From the NCBI GenBank assembly GCA_037132875.1, contig JBAHZU010000146.1, positions 926 through 64,925 of the forward strand: 64,000 bases of DNA, given 5' to 3'. The notes under the pieces were generated by a model. It saw nothing but the letters and a program-made list of their open reading frames with translations, was not told the origin of the DNA and searched no databases. Below, piece after piece: positions 39,950 to 49,966 of this stretch. How positions within the stretch are numbered: position 1 is the stretch's first letter; each line of letters opens with the position of its first letter. The stretch comes from Pontiella sp. (GTDB lineage Bacteria; Verrucomicrobiota; Kiritimatiellia; Kiritimatiellales; Pontiellaceae). A program made the translations under genes and the position numbers.

Positions 39950-41638
39950 ATGAGTAACGAAAATGAAGTGGTAAACGATGGTGCGGAAAAAAGGGTCAAA
40001 CCCGCTGCACCGGCAAAAAAGAAAGCAACCAAGAAAAAAGCTTCCAAGAAAAAGGCTGTAGCGAAGAAGACCGCTGCCGCGGTTGCTTCCGTCAAAACTC
40101 CTGCCGCGACGCCCGTCGACGTAGTAAAGCCTGTTGAAGCGCCTGCCCCTGCAACACCGATCGATTCTGGGTCTGCTGAACAGCCGGTCTCAAAGCCCAA
40201 TGCTGAAAAACCTGCTCCAGGTGGTTCTGAACAAAAAAGACCGCACCAGAATAACGATCGTCATCAACAACGCGATCGTCATCAAAACAACGGGAAGCAC
40301 CACAATAAGAAAAATCGAAACAACAAAAACAAACAGCGCCGGAATGAAGAGCCGCCACCGAATGTGGATAATCTTCCGCCACTTGCCCTGCACGAAATGC
40401 AGGTTGCTAATATCAACGACATTAAAGCGCTGGCCGAAGAATATGAGCTGCAGGATTACAATGGCTACAATAAGCATGAGCTCATTTTTGAGTTGCTCAA
40501 AGTACACGGACGTCGCGGTGGACCTTTGCAGGGTCGCGGAGTGTTGGAAATTCTTCCCGATGGGTTCGGTTTCCTGCGTTCCCCACTGAACAGCTACCAG
40601 CCTGCTCCGGACGACATCTATGTTTCGCCTTCGCAGATCCGCCGTTTCGGTATTCGCACCGGCGATTTTGTGGAGGGCTCCATTCGTGCGCCAAAAGAAA
40701 AAGAACGTTTTTTTGCACAGTATAAAGTAGAAAAAATCAATAAGCAGGATCCGGAAATGGCGCGTCGTCGTGTGCCATTTGAAAACCTGACCCCGTTGTT
40801 CCCCGACGAACGTTTGGTGATGGAAACGAGAGATCCAAAAGAAATTTCCATGCGGGTGATGGATATCGTGACTCCGATTGGTAAAGGCCAGCGCGGGCTG
40901 ATTGTTGCGCCACCACGTACCGGTAAAACGGTTCTCATGCAGAAAATGGCGAATGCAATTTCTGAAAATAACCCCGAGGCCAAATTGATTGTTCTGCTGA
41001 TCGACGAACGTCCCGAGGAAGTCACCGATATGCGCCGGAATACGAAAGCCGAAGTGCTGGCTTCCACCTTTGATGAGCCGCCGGAACGTCACACGCAGGT
41101 TGCCGAAATCGTAATCGAAATGTCTAAACGTCTGGTGGAGCAGGGACAGGATGTGATTATTCTGCTCGACTCGATTACTCGACTGGCCCGTGCCTATAAC
41201 ACCACCTCGCCGCACTCCGGTAAGATTCTTTCCGGGGGTGTCGATTCGAATGCGTTGCACAAGCCAAAGCGTTTCTTTGGTGCTGCGCGTAATATTGAAG
41301 GTGGCGGGAGTTTGAGCATCATTGCAACCGCACTGGTCGATACGGGAAGCCGGATGGACGAAGTGATTTTTGAGGAATTCAAAGGCACCGGAAATATGGA
41401 ACTGGGCTTGGACCGAGAATTGGTGAATAAGCGGATCTATCCGGCCATCAATATTGAAAAGTCTGGCACTCGTAAAGAAGAACTGCTGCTGCATCCCGAT
41501 GAACTCCAGCGCATCTGGACGCTCCGCAAGGCACTCAAGGATGTGCCGCAGGTTGAAGCCATGGAGCTGTTGATTAATCGTTTGAAGAAAACCAGTAATA
41601 ACTTGGAATTCCTGATGACCCTTCAGGGAAATAAATAG
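39950..41638 (+). CDS. rho: Transcription termination factor Rho with long disordered N-terminal extension
   Basis: [58 protein letters not shown]. Confidence 0.98.
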   Translation: MSNENEVVNDGAEKRVKPAAPAKKKATKKKASKKKAVAKKTAAAVASVKTPAATPVDVVKPVEAPAPATPIDSGSAEQPVSKPNAEKPAPGGSEQKRPHQNNDRHQQRDRHQNNGKHHNKKNRNNKNKQRRNEEPPPNVDNLPPLALHEMQVANINDIKALAEEYELQDYNGYNKHELIFELLKVHGRRGGPLQGRGVLEILPDGFGFLRSPLNSYQPAPDDIYVSPSQIRRFGIRTGDFVEGSIRAPKEKERFFAQYKVEKINKQDPEMARRRVPFENLTPLFPDERLVMETRDPKEISMRVMDIVTPIGKGQRGLIVAPPRTGKTVLMQKMANAISENNPEAKLIVLLIDERPEEVTDMRRNTKAEVLASTFDEPPERHTQVAEIVIEMSKRLVEQGQDVIILLDSITRLARAYNTTSPHSGKILSGGVDSNALHKPKRFFGAARNIEGGGSLSIIATALVDTGSRMDEVIFEEFKGTGNMELGLDRELVNKRIYPAINIEKSGTRKEELLLHPDELQRIWTLRKALKDVPQVEAMELLINRLKKTSNNLEFLMTLQGNK

Positions 41639-41657
41639 CGGAATTTACAACGGCCTT

Positions 41658-41689
41658 AAAAAGGCGGCCCTCGGGCCGCCTTTTCTTTT
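41658..41689 (+). terminator. Intrinsic terminator after rho
   Basis: AAAAGGCGGCC-CTCG-GGCCGCCTTTT-CTTTT. Confidence 0.85.
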
Positions 41690-41697
41690 GCACTCTT

Positions 41698-41726
41698 TTG
41701 ACACGCAGGGTGGAATCCTCTATCAT
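41698..41726 (+). promoter_or_regulatory. Sigma70-type promoter
   Basis: TTGACA-N17-TATCAT. Confidence 0.7.
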
Positions 41727-41746
41727 GGCTTCGTGAAAACGGGGGT

Positions 41747-42703
41747 ATGATGAGGACTGCAACCAGAGTTAATGCCGTGTTGCTGGCGGGAGATCGCCAA
41801 GCCAGCATTTCGCTTCATAATGAAAATAAAGCCTTTCTGGAGCTACGAGGGAAGCCACTCTTCATTCATGTGCTCGAAGCGCTACTTGGTGCGGAGTTGG
41901 TGGGAGATGTGGTTGTGGTCGGGCCGAAAGATCGGATTTTACACACCTTGGAAACCTTTCATATTTCTGATGGCGTCATGGTGGTTGAGCAACGTGAAAA
42001 TATAATCGAAAACTTTAAAGTGGGTTATGTCTGTGCCCTCGGCCACGCAGCAACGATTCCGTTCGGGAGCCTAAAAAATTCTGGCCAGGATGAAATACCG
42101 GTATTGGTTGCGCCCTGCGATATTCCAATGATGCTCTCCGAAGAAGTGGATGAGTTTCTCATGCGTTCGAATATGCATGAATACGACTATTCCATTGGTG
42201 TCACTTCTAAAGACGTACTGAAGCATTATCACCCCACTCCAACTACTCCAGGCATCCAGATGATCTATTTCCATGTGAAAGAAGATCTTATGCGGCACAA
42301 TAATTTGCATATGGCCAAACCACTCCGATTTAGTCATTTGGACTATATTGAAAAGATGTACGAATGGCGTTATCAAACCCGCATGGCCAATATTGTACGC
42401 ATACTTTTCTCGATGCTAACGAATGGGTGGAGGCTCATGAAAGGCGTACGTATTATTATCCTGATGCAACTTTCTCTTTATTACGACCGACACGGACATC
42501 CCCGGCTCGCCGATCAGATGCGTTCGCGGGTTGGTTTTAACCGACTGGCCGAGGGCATTGGGAATGCATTAGGTGCACGAGTTCAGATTGTATATACACA
42601 CTTCGGCGGTGCCGCCTTGGATGCCGACCACGAAAAAGATCTCGCTGTAATAGATCAGCGCTACGATGAATGGATGAAATTTCAGCGTAGTCTGCACACT
42701 TAA
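41747..42703 (+). CDS. MobA-like nucleotidyltransferase-domain protein
   Basis: AVLLAG, NKAFLELRGKPL, VVVVG, PCDIP. Confidence 0.75.
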   Translation: MMRTATRVNAVLLAGDRQASISLHNENKAFLELRGKPLFIHVLEALLGAELVGDVVVVGPKDRILHTLETFHISDGVMVVEQRENIIENFKVGYVCALGHAATIPFGSLKNSGQDEIPVLVAPCDIPMMLSEEVDEFLMRSNMHEYDYSIGVTSKDVLKHYHPTPTTPGIQMIYFHVKEDLMRHNNLHMAKPLRFSHLDYIEKMYEWRYQTRMANIVRILFSMLTNGWRLMKGVRIIILMQLSLYYDRHGHPRLADQMRSRVGFNRLAEGIGNALGARVQIVYTHFGGAALDADHEKDLAVIDQRYDEWMKFQRSLHT

Positions 42704-44091
42704 CCGTGTGAGATGTCTTCCACCACAATGCGGTTGCCGTGAACTTCGATGATCCGGATTTTGGTTTGGCGGGGGATATAATCTCCCAAGGTAACTACAT
42801 CCAATTTTCGACCGTAAAAATAAGCCGCTCCTCCTGGGCGTAGGTCTGAATGCGAAAGGCCTTCTTGTCCAAGCAAGGTGAGGTCTTCTGCCGCATCGGG
42901 CACCACTTCATCTAAGGTCAGGTGCTGAAAGGCCCGTGTTTTTGGGAGAAATTTTCCGGCAATCACAACCAAGATGATGGCTCCAGCAAACGATAGTATC
43001 ACTTTAAATATTGGCATGGAAAAGGTGTCGGGAGAAAAGTCGACTGGTCGCCAATGGCCCGGAAGCCGCTCGCTCATGGCACCGACAAAGGAAACAAAGA
43101 TCAGTAGCATTCCGCTGATCCCCATTACCCCAAAGCCCGGGGTGATAAAAACTTCAATAGCTAACAGGATGATTCCGAGTGTAAACAATAGAACATCTTC
43201 CAATCCGGAAAGGCCGGCAATATGATGCCCGAAGAAGAATAGAAGCAGGCATGTAATGCCGGCGATGCCGAAAACTCCGAAGCCGGGCGTTTTAAACTCA
43301 AGCCAGATGCCGCCGAGTCCAATCATCATTAGAATGGGGGCAATGCCTGCAATGAGACGGGCAAACTTTTCGGCGGCCGATACTTCTAAGGTAATTATTT
43401 TTGCATGGCCCAGCCCTACGATTTGGAGCATTTCATCAATATTATTTACCGTACCTTTTGAAAGCAGGGGTTGTTGATCAGCTCCGACGAGTTGTTTGGC
43501 TTCAGAACTAGTCAGTGTGAGCACCTTGCCACTTTCACTGATCATGAGGTCTCCCACTTTGAATTCAAGATCGCGGCGCACCATGGCTTCGGCCAGTTCG
43601 GGGTCATGTCCGCCTTGTTCCGCTGCAGAGCGAACGTGAGCCGCGACATAGGACGTCATTTTTTCCTCAACGGCTTCGGGGAGTTCCTTCACGCCGCCAG
43701 TCATGCCCATTGAAATGGGGGTGATGTCGCCGATGACCGCACCGGGCTTCATATAGATATTCGGCGTAGATAGGGCAATCATGGCTCCTGCTGAGATGGC
43801 TTCGCGCTCCACAAAGGTATACAGCGGAACCTTCGAACGCCCTAGAACGCTGATGATGGCAACGGCCGAATCGACTCGGCCTCCGGTGGTATCCATCTGA
43901 AGAACAATGGCATCGGCCTTATTGCGGGTTGCTTCATCCACTCCTCGGCGAATCACATAGAGCAGGGCGGGCTCAATCATCTTTTTAACGGGGATGATAT
44001 AGACTAACGGAGTCGCATTAGATTCTTCGGCTCGAACCGTGGAGGTTAAGAGCAGGGCAAGTAGGCTGAATAGAAACGTTCGGATCATCAT
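42700..44091 (-). CDS. Long-form NfeD family protein (ClpP-like protease domain, TM region, OB fold)
   Basis: MDTTGG, AISAGAMIAL, AVEEKM, EFKTPGFGVFG, IEVFITPGFG, SDLRPGG...VVTLGDYI. Confidence 0.9.
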   Translation of the reverse strand: MMIRTFLFSLLALLLTSTVRAEESNATPLVYIIPVKKMIEPALLYVIRRGVDEATRNKADAIVLQMDTTGGRVDSAVAIISVLGRSKVPLYTFVEREAISAGAMIALSTPNIYMKPGAVIGDITPISMGMTGGVKELPEAVEEKMTSYVAAHVRSAAEQGGHDPELAEAMVRRDLEFKVGDLMISESGKVLTLTSSEAKQLVGADQQPLLSKGTVNNIDEMLQIVGLGHAKIITLEVSAAEKFARLIAGIAPILMMIGLGGIWLEFKTPGFGVFGIAGITCLLLFFFGHHIAGLSGLEDVLLFTLGIILLAIEVFITPGFGVMGISGMLLIFVSFVGAMSERLPGHWRPVDFSPDTFSMPIFKVILSFAGAIILVVIAGKFLPKTRAFQHLTLDEVVPDAAEDLTLLGQEGLSHSDLRPGGAAYFYGRKLDVVTLGDYIPRQTKIRIIEVHGNRIVVEDISHG

Positions 44092-44174
44092 GTTCTCCCG
44101 TGAATACCATCCCAGTTTTTTACAGACCTAGGAAAAAAGAAAGGCAAAACTTCCAATGACTGGAAAAGGCACCT

Positions 44175-44897
44175 ATGGTGATCACCATGATTTTACAGGG
44201 TAAACGGGCTTTGGTTACGGGCGGTGCGGTGCGGATTGGGCGTGCCATCACAGAAGCACTTCAGGCGGAAGGAGCTGAGGTGGTGGTTCACTATCTTAGT
44301 TCTGGCGAAGAGGCGGCGGCACTTTCTCCCTATACGATACAAGGGAATCTTTTGTCGGCCGATGATTGCGCTCGGATGATTGAGCAGTCTGGGCCGTTGG
44401 ATGTTCTGGTGAATAACGCATCTCTTTTTACGAAAGATCGGTTGGCGGATGGTTTTCCGGAGCGGGTATACCGAGAGTTTCAGGTGAATCTTTTTGCACC
44501 CATGGAGCTGACGCGTCTCTTTGCGGCGCAAACGGAGCAGGGGGCGGTCATTAATCTGTTGGATCGCCGGATTCGGGCCAATGACTCCTCGGCACTTTCT
44601 TATTCAATCACGAAGAAGGGGCTTGAAGAGCTCACCAAATTATCGGCGTTGGATCTTGCGCCGAGCATTCGTGTGAATGCGGTTGCGCCTGGCCCCATTC
44701 TTCCGCCGCCGGGGGATACGGGGGAACATTTTGCCGAGCGGGCGGGCCGGGTTCCTTTGGCATTCTTTCCAACCCCTGAAAATATTGCGGAAGCCGCGCT
44801 TTTTTTGCTCAAAGCGGACTATTGCACGGGACAGGTTATTTATGTGGATGGCGGGCAGCATTTGCTCGGAAATGGTGTTTTTGATCAAGGTGTATAG
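44175..44897 (+). CDS. SDR oxidoreductase, pteridine reductase / FolM-like
   Basis: TGGAVRIG, VVVHY, NNAS, YSITK, NAVAPG; directly upstream of folB. Confidence 0.85.
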   Translation: MVITMILQGKRALVTGGAVRIGRAITEALQAEGAEVVVHYLSSGEEAAALSPYTIQGNLLSADDCARMIEQSGPLDVLVNNASLFTKDRLADGFPERVYREFQVNLFAPMELTRLFAAQTEQGAVINLLDRRIRANDSSALSYSITKKGLEELTKLSALDLAPSIRVNAVAPGPILPPPGDTGEHFAERAGRVPLAFFPTPENIAEAALFLLKADYCTGQVIYVDGGQHLLGNGVFDQGV

Positions 44898-44977
44898 GCG
44901 GCGGTGCCGTAAATTTTGAAGAATGATTTCCGATGGCCGATTTTATCGATCTGCGACGGGGTCAATAAGGAGATGGT

Positions 44978-45325
44978 ATGGATAAAATTTTTATCAGAGA
45001 GTTGGCCCTGCGTTGCATTATAGGGATCTATCCGGAAGAACGTCGTGAAAAGCAGGACATTGTGATCAATGTCGAAATGCACACGGACCTACGTACGGCT
45101 GGGCGTTCGGACGACTTGAACGATACGGTGGATTATAAGTCGATTAAGAAGGCCATTCTCAAACTGGTTGAAGAGAGTTCATTTCAGTTGATCGAATCGT
45201 TAGCCGAAGAGATCGCAGATATTGCGTTAGCGAATGAAAAGGTTGAGACGGTTGTGATTACGATTGATAAGCCCGGTGCTCTTCGGTTCGCGAAAGCCTC
45301 GGCCGTCGAAATTACTCGTCCATAA
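44978..45325 (+). CDS. folB: Dihydroneopterin aldolase
   Basis: IIGIYPEER, SDDLNDTVDY, LIESLAE, IDKPGA. Confidence 0.95.
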   Translation: MDKIFIRELALRCIIGIYPEERREKQDIVINVEMHTDLRTAGRSDDLNDTVDYKSIKKAILKLVEESSFQLIESLAEEIADIALANEKVETVVITIDKPGALRFAKASAVEITRP

Positions 45326-45327
45326 TT

Positions 45328-45482
45328 CTAAAAAATGAAGCGGCCAAGTTGGTCGCAGCAACGAGATTGGAGTCCTAACGGCGTAGATGCCTGCTCCGAG
45401 GGGCTCAATCCAAAATAGATGAAAGGGCCGTTGTTTATTGATTAAACCTCGGTGTTATTCATTACTACTGTTTTTATCGGAT
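45328..45482 (+). repeat. Dispersed ~160-nt non-coding element, copy 2
   Basis: Homologous to 38299-38462; starts 3 nt after the folB stop. Confidence 0.8.
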
Positions 45483-45556
45483 ACGTGCGGCTCAGATCGC
45501 TCTGTTATTTCCACGATGATCCCCCATTAAGGGGTGATCCTTGACGGATCACGGGC

Positions 45557-45586
45557 AAAAAAAAAGGAGGCTCAAGGCCTCCTTTT
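45557..45586 (-). terminator. Intrinsic terminator after accA, possibly bidirectional
   Basis: AAAAGGAGGC-TCAAG-GCCTCCTTTT with a T9 tract on the minus strand. Confidence 0.8.
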
Positions 45587-45604
45587 GAAGAGCGGGTGGA
45601 ACCG

Positions 45605-46573
45605 TTATTCCACAGACCCTTCAAATTCGCCCATGGAGCGGAATTTGTTGTAGCGATCTTCCAAAATCTCCTCGGCCGTCATCTTCTGGAGTTCGGCGAG
45701 ATTCTCGAGTATGGCAATCTTTAGAAAATCGGCCGCGGCTTCGGGGTTGGTATGGGCGCCCCCTTGCGGTTCAGGAATGATGGCGTCGGCCAGTTTAAGT
45801 TCCAGGAGGTCTTTCCCGGTGATCTTCAGCGCTTCGGCCGCCTGGTCGGAATAAGCTCGGTCTTTCCAAAGAATGGCCGCACAGCCTTCCGGCGAGATGA
45901 CGGAATAGTAGGCGTGTTCCATGATCAGGATTCGGTTTCCAATACCAATGCCCAGCGCGCCACCGGATCCGCCTTCGCCAATGATTACACAAACGATAGG
46001 CACCTTAATATTGAAGCAATCGCGCAGGTTCACGGCAATGGCTTCGGCAATATGCCGCTCTTCGGATTCAAGTCCCGCGTAGGCGCCTTTGGTATCGATG
46101 AGGGAGACAATTGGAATATTAAATTTGTCGGCCAACTTCATCAGACGAAGTGCCTTCCGGTAACCTTCTGGATGCGCACAACCAAAGTTGGTTTCAACAT
46201 TACTCTTGGTGTCGCGGCCTTTTTGGGAGCCGATGAGCATGACTTTCTGACCGTCAATCTTGGCAAATCCGCCAATAATAGCTCGGTCATCGCGATGGAT
46301 TCGATCGCCGTGGATTTCCACGAAATCGGTGGTCATGATCTCAATATAGTCTCGGGTATACGGGCGGTTCGGGTGCCGTGCTACCTGAACCTTTTGCCAC
46401 GCCGATAGATTTTCATAAATGGTGTTACGAGTCTGATCGATCTTCGTTTTCATGTTCTGGATTTCGTGGGACACATCAATGTCCTGCTCCAGACTGAAGG
46501 TTTCGAGTTCTTTAAGTTTAGTTTCGAGTTCGTGAATGGGGCTCTCGAATGGAAGGCTGAATTGTGCGTTCAT
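45605..46573 (-). CDS. accA: Acetyl-CoA carboxylase carboxyltransferase alpha subunit
   Basis: ARHPNRP, HGDR..DD, PEGYRKALRLM, GEGGSGGA, ISPEGCAAILW. Confidence 0.97.
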   Translation of the reverse strand: MNAQFSLPFESPIHELETKLKELETFSLEQDIDVSHEIQNMKTKIDQTRNTIYENLSAWQKVQVARHPNRPYTRDYIEIMTTDFVEIHGDRIHRDDRAIIGGFAKIDGQKVMLIGSQKGRDTKSNVETNFGCAHPEGYRKALRLMKLADKFNIPIVSLIDTKGAYAGLESEERHIAEAIAVNLRDCFNIKVPIVCVIIGEGGSGGALGIGIGNRILIMEHAYYSVISPEGCAAILWKDRAYSDQAAEALKITGKDLLELKLADAIIPEPQGGAHTNPEAAADFLKIAILENLAELQKMTAEEILEDRYNKFRSMGEFEGSVE

Positions 46574-46595
46574 GCAGTATGCCTCGGGGGAAAAA

Positions 46596-47543
46596 TTATT
46601 CGCTAATTATAACAGTTGTTTTGCGGGGGACCAGATCAAAGAGTTCTTCAACATCTTCGTTGAGCATGCGGATGCAACCCGCGCTGGACTGCTGTCCGAT
46701 GCTGTCGCGTTGCCAAGTTCCATGAATGCCGAATCCGGTAATTTCAGGATGCTCTGCAGATACAATCTTCATCCAGCGGGTGCCGAGCACATTTTCAGGG
46801 TCGCCATACTGGATTTGTTTCCCATCGGTAAAGCGGGTCCACGGGGGCTCTGTAATTTTATCCACGATTTTAAATTCTACGGATGGTGTTTTGCCAAATT
46901 TTCCGGTTCCCACCGAGTAGCGCTTAAAGAGTTGGTCGCCCACCATCAGGTCCAGCGTGTTGCGGGTTTTAGAAATCCGAATGTTGAAATTGCTGTTGTA
47001 TACGATGAGGGAAGCTCCGGCCCAGATGGTGTCGTTTTGCATGCCATTCATCGCTTGGATCAGCGCGACGGTGGAGTTGTATTGCTTTGCAATTTTTTGC
47101 AGATAATCACCCGACTGAATAGAATAGCGCTCTTTTCCAAGCATGGGAACCGAGGATTTTAGCATTTTCATATTCACATCACCCAATAACTTGATGGCTT
47201 CGGGATCGGGGGAGGACGCAACAATCAGATCAAGCTGTCTTTTGGCTTCAGCCAACTGGCCGGCATCCAGCGCAGCGCGGGCATCGGAGATGGCTGCCTG
47301 AACTTCGGGTGAAGCTGGCATGGCAATGATGGGCGCGAGGCCCGGTGGTTCTGGCTCGAAGTTGAGTGTGGGAATGGCGGGTTCTGGAATGCTTATCGCT
47401 TCCTGATCCGATTTTTTGCCTTTGGACCAGACTAAATAAGCGCCCACGAGGACGATCTGGATGATAATAATAATGATGAAAACGCGCTTCCAACCCCCGC
47501 CACTGCGGTTGTTGTAGGAGCCTGTGTAAATTGGTTTTGCCAT
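46596..47543 (-). CDS. LysM plus L,D-transpeptidase (YkuD) protein, membrane anchored
   Basis: TM; YSIQSGDYLQKIA LysM; YSVGTG, LGTRW, GIHGT, SAGCIRM. Confidence 0.92.
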   Translation of the reverse strand: MAKPIYTGSYNNRSGGGWKRVFIIIIIIQIVLVGAYLVWSKGKKSDQEAISIPEPAIPTLNFEPEPPGLAPIIAMPASPEVQAAISDARAALDAGQLAEAKRQLDLIVASSPDPEAIKLLGDVNMKMLKSSVPMLGKERYSIQSGDYLQKIAKQYNSTVALIQAMNGMQNDTIWAGASLIVYNSNFNIRISKTRNTLDLMVGDQLFKRYSVGTGKFGKTPSVEFKIVDKITEPPWTRFTDGKQIQYGDPENVLGTRWMKIVSAEHPEITGFGIHGTWQRDSIGQQSSAGCIRMLNEDVEELFDLVPRKTTVIISE

Positions 47544-47669
47544 AGTCGATAAACCTTCAGTCGGTAAAAGATTTTCATTTATGCATAATCAGATTCAACC
47601 CTGCAATAATAATACGATTCCAGATGGAAATACGGATGCAATACCGGTAGTTTCGCAACCCTTATACTT

Positions 47670-49424
47670 ATGAAAATATTGCTGATAACCCCACCTCTGC
47701 TACAGCCAAACACGCCGTATGCCGCCACGCCCTTGCTCACCGCTTGGCTGAAGTCGATTGGGCATGATGCGGTTCAGAGTGATTTGTCGCTGAAATTACT
47801 ACTTAAACTTTTTTCAAAGTCAGGCATTGAACGATTGAGCGGCGAACTCGGTATTCCGCTGGATGCCGCCGAGCCTTATCTGAAAACCGTAGAAGAGGTG
47901 CTTGCGTTTCTTCAGAATAAAAATCCGGGTGCCGTCGGAAAAATTCTACAGCGTGGCTGGCTGCCGGAAGGAGAGAATCTGGTCCGCGCTTATGAACTTG
48001 AAGAGCAGTTGCAGTGGAATTTCCGGGGATTGGATCCGGAAGATCGTGCTCGGTATCTTGCGGGACTTTATTTGGATGATATTGCCGATGTTGCTTCGGA
48101 GCTTGATCCGCATTTTGGATTCTCGCGCTATGCAGAAAGCCTGACCGCCAGCCTTCCATCGTTTGGAATTGTGCAGGATGAACTGGAGCAGGGTGATTCC
48201 ATCTTTTTCCAATGGTTGGAAGAGTTGGCCGATGAAGAGATGCGGAAGCATCGTCCCGAGACGGTGATCATCACCATTCCTTTTCCGGGTTGCCTGCTTG
48301 GTGCGCTTATTATTGCACGTCGGATACGGGCAACATACCCGTTGACTCATATTGCGATCGGAGGGGGATATCCGAATACGGAGCTGCGGGAACTGAAAGA
48401 TCCAAGCATCTTTGAATATGTCGATAGCATCATTCTGGATAGCGGTTTCCTTCCGCTACAACGCTTGGCTGACGGCGGGAAACTCGTGCGCACGTTTGTC
48501 TGCGAAAATAATGAAGTCGTTTTCAAAAACTCGGAAGCGGTGGAGGTGCCTCATGCAGATTTGCCGCCCCCCGATTTCCACGGATTGGAACTGGATGACT
48601 ATTTTGGGATCTTCGAGGTGCTTAATCCGGTAACCCGGCTCTGGTCGGACGGACGTTGGAATAAGTTGGTGCTGGCGCATGGTTGTTGCTGGAGTCGCTG
48701 TGCTTTCTGCGACACCTCCATCGACTATATCAGCCGCTATGATCCTGCAGATGCGAAGACCATTTGTAACTGGATCGAACGAGTCATGGCGCAAACCAAA
48801 TTTTCGGGCTTCCATTTTGTGGATGAGGCCTTGCCGCCGGACCTTTTAAATAATCTGTGCGACGAAATTCAACGGAGAGGGTTGGATATCGAGTGGTGGG
48901 GTAATATCCGCTACGAGAAACGTTTTTCAACGGAGCTGATTCAAAAAATGGCCGCGGCCGGGTGCATTGCGGTGACCGGCGGGTTGGAAACCGGATGCGA
49001 TCGGACGCTTAAGTTGATGAAAAAAGGCATTACCTTGCAGTATGCCACGCGCGTTTTGACCGACCTCGCTGCCGCGGGGATATTGACACATGCTTATTTG
49101 ATGTATGGTTTCCCAACTCAGACCGAAAAAGAAACGTTTGAAACCTTGGAAACCGTGCGCGCTCTTTTTGATGATGGGATTCTCCATTCTGCCTATTGGC
49201 ATCGATTTGCTTTAACCGACCATAGTGATATTTCCATTCATCCGGAGCGGTACCAGGTTCGGGTTTCAAGCCGACCGGTATCGACCTTTGCCCGCAATGA
49301 GATCCCGTTCGAATATGATTTTGATCACGATGTCGCAATAGTAGGAGAGGCTCTTAAGGCAGCAACCTATAATTATATGCATGGAATCGGCTATGAAACG
49401 CCGGTCAGAAATTGGTTAAATTAA
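47670..49424 (+). CDS. B12-binding-domain radical SAM protein
   Basis: ILLITPP, IGGGY, CWSRCAFC (CxxxCxxC), FVDE, YLMYGFP. Confidence 0.88.
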   Translation: MKILLITPPLLQPNTPYAATPLLTAWLKSIGHDAVQSDLSLKLLLKLFSKSGIERLSGELGIPLDAAEPYLKTVEEVLAFLQNKNPGAVGKILQRGWLPEGENLVRAYELEEQLQWNFRGLDPEDRARYLAGLYLDDIADVASELDPHFGFSRYAESLTASLPSFGIVQDELEQGDSIFFQWLEELADEEMRKHRPETVIITIPFPGCLLGALIIARRIRATYPLTHIAIGGGYPNTELRELKDPSIFEYVDSIILDSGFLPLQRLADGGKLVRTFVCENNEVVFKNSEAVEVPHADLPPPDFHGLELDDYFGIFEVLNPVTRLWSDGRWNKLVLAHGCCWSRCAFCDTSIDYISRYDPADAKTICNWIERVMAQTKFSGFHFVDEALPPDLLNNLCDEIQRRGLDIEWWGNIRYEKRFSTELIQKMAAAGCIAVTGGLETGCDRTLKLMKKGITLQYATRVLTDLAAAGILTHAYLMYGFPTQTEKETFETLETVRALFDDGILHSAYWHRFALTDHSDISIHPERYQVRVSSRPVSTFARNEIPFEYDFDHDVAIVGEALKAATYNYMHGIGYETPVRNWLN

Positions 49425-49535
49425 TTAAATCTCTTATTACTCATTCTATTTGGACTGCGGTTCTGTTATCTAATTTGTAGCGAGTTAACAATGCCTGAGC
49501 ATCGGGTGAGTCGCTTCCGGGAACCACGGGTGAAA

Positions 49536-49922
49536 ATGAAAAGAATAGTTTATGTCTTAGTTGGATTGTTTTTTGTGCTCTCCGAGAGTGCCTTTGCACA
49601 AGGTGCATCGGACGATGTGGAATCTTCGGTGAGTGCGCAGGAAGAGCAGGAGGCAACGAGAACGGTAACCGCAGTGTATGGGGTTACCTCCGCCGACTAT
49701 TTGCCGACCTCCGAGCGCTTGGAGAGCAAGCCGGTGAAACCCCAAGTTCGCAAAGCCGTTTCCCGCCCCTCCTTTATGCTTCCCGATGTATTCTACTTTG
49801 TCGGTGGCCCGATTTTTTTGATGATTCTTTTTGGAATGATTTACATTTTTCTCAAAGAATTTGAAGATAAGCGGATGGAAGAGGAAAGTGACAAGGTTAA
49901 AGAATGCTTTGATCCTGAATAA
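49536..49922 (+). CDS. Hypothetical protein with signal peptide and C-terminal TM segment
   Basis: MKRIVYVLVGLFFVLSESAFA; TM FYFVGGPIFLMILFGMIYIFL. Confidence 0.65.
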   Translation: MKRIVYVLVGLFFVLSESAFAQGASDDVESSVSAQEEQEATRTVTAVYGVTSADYLPTSERLESKPVKPQVRKAVSRPSFMLPDVFYFVGGPIFLMILFGMIYIFLKEFEDKRMEEESDKVKECFDPE

Positions 49923-49966
49923 TCCGGCTTGCCCAAATCGTATCCTCCTTAGATACTCCGCCGGAC

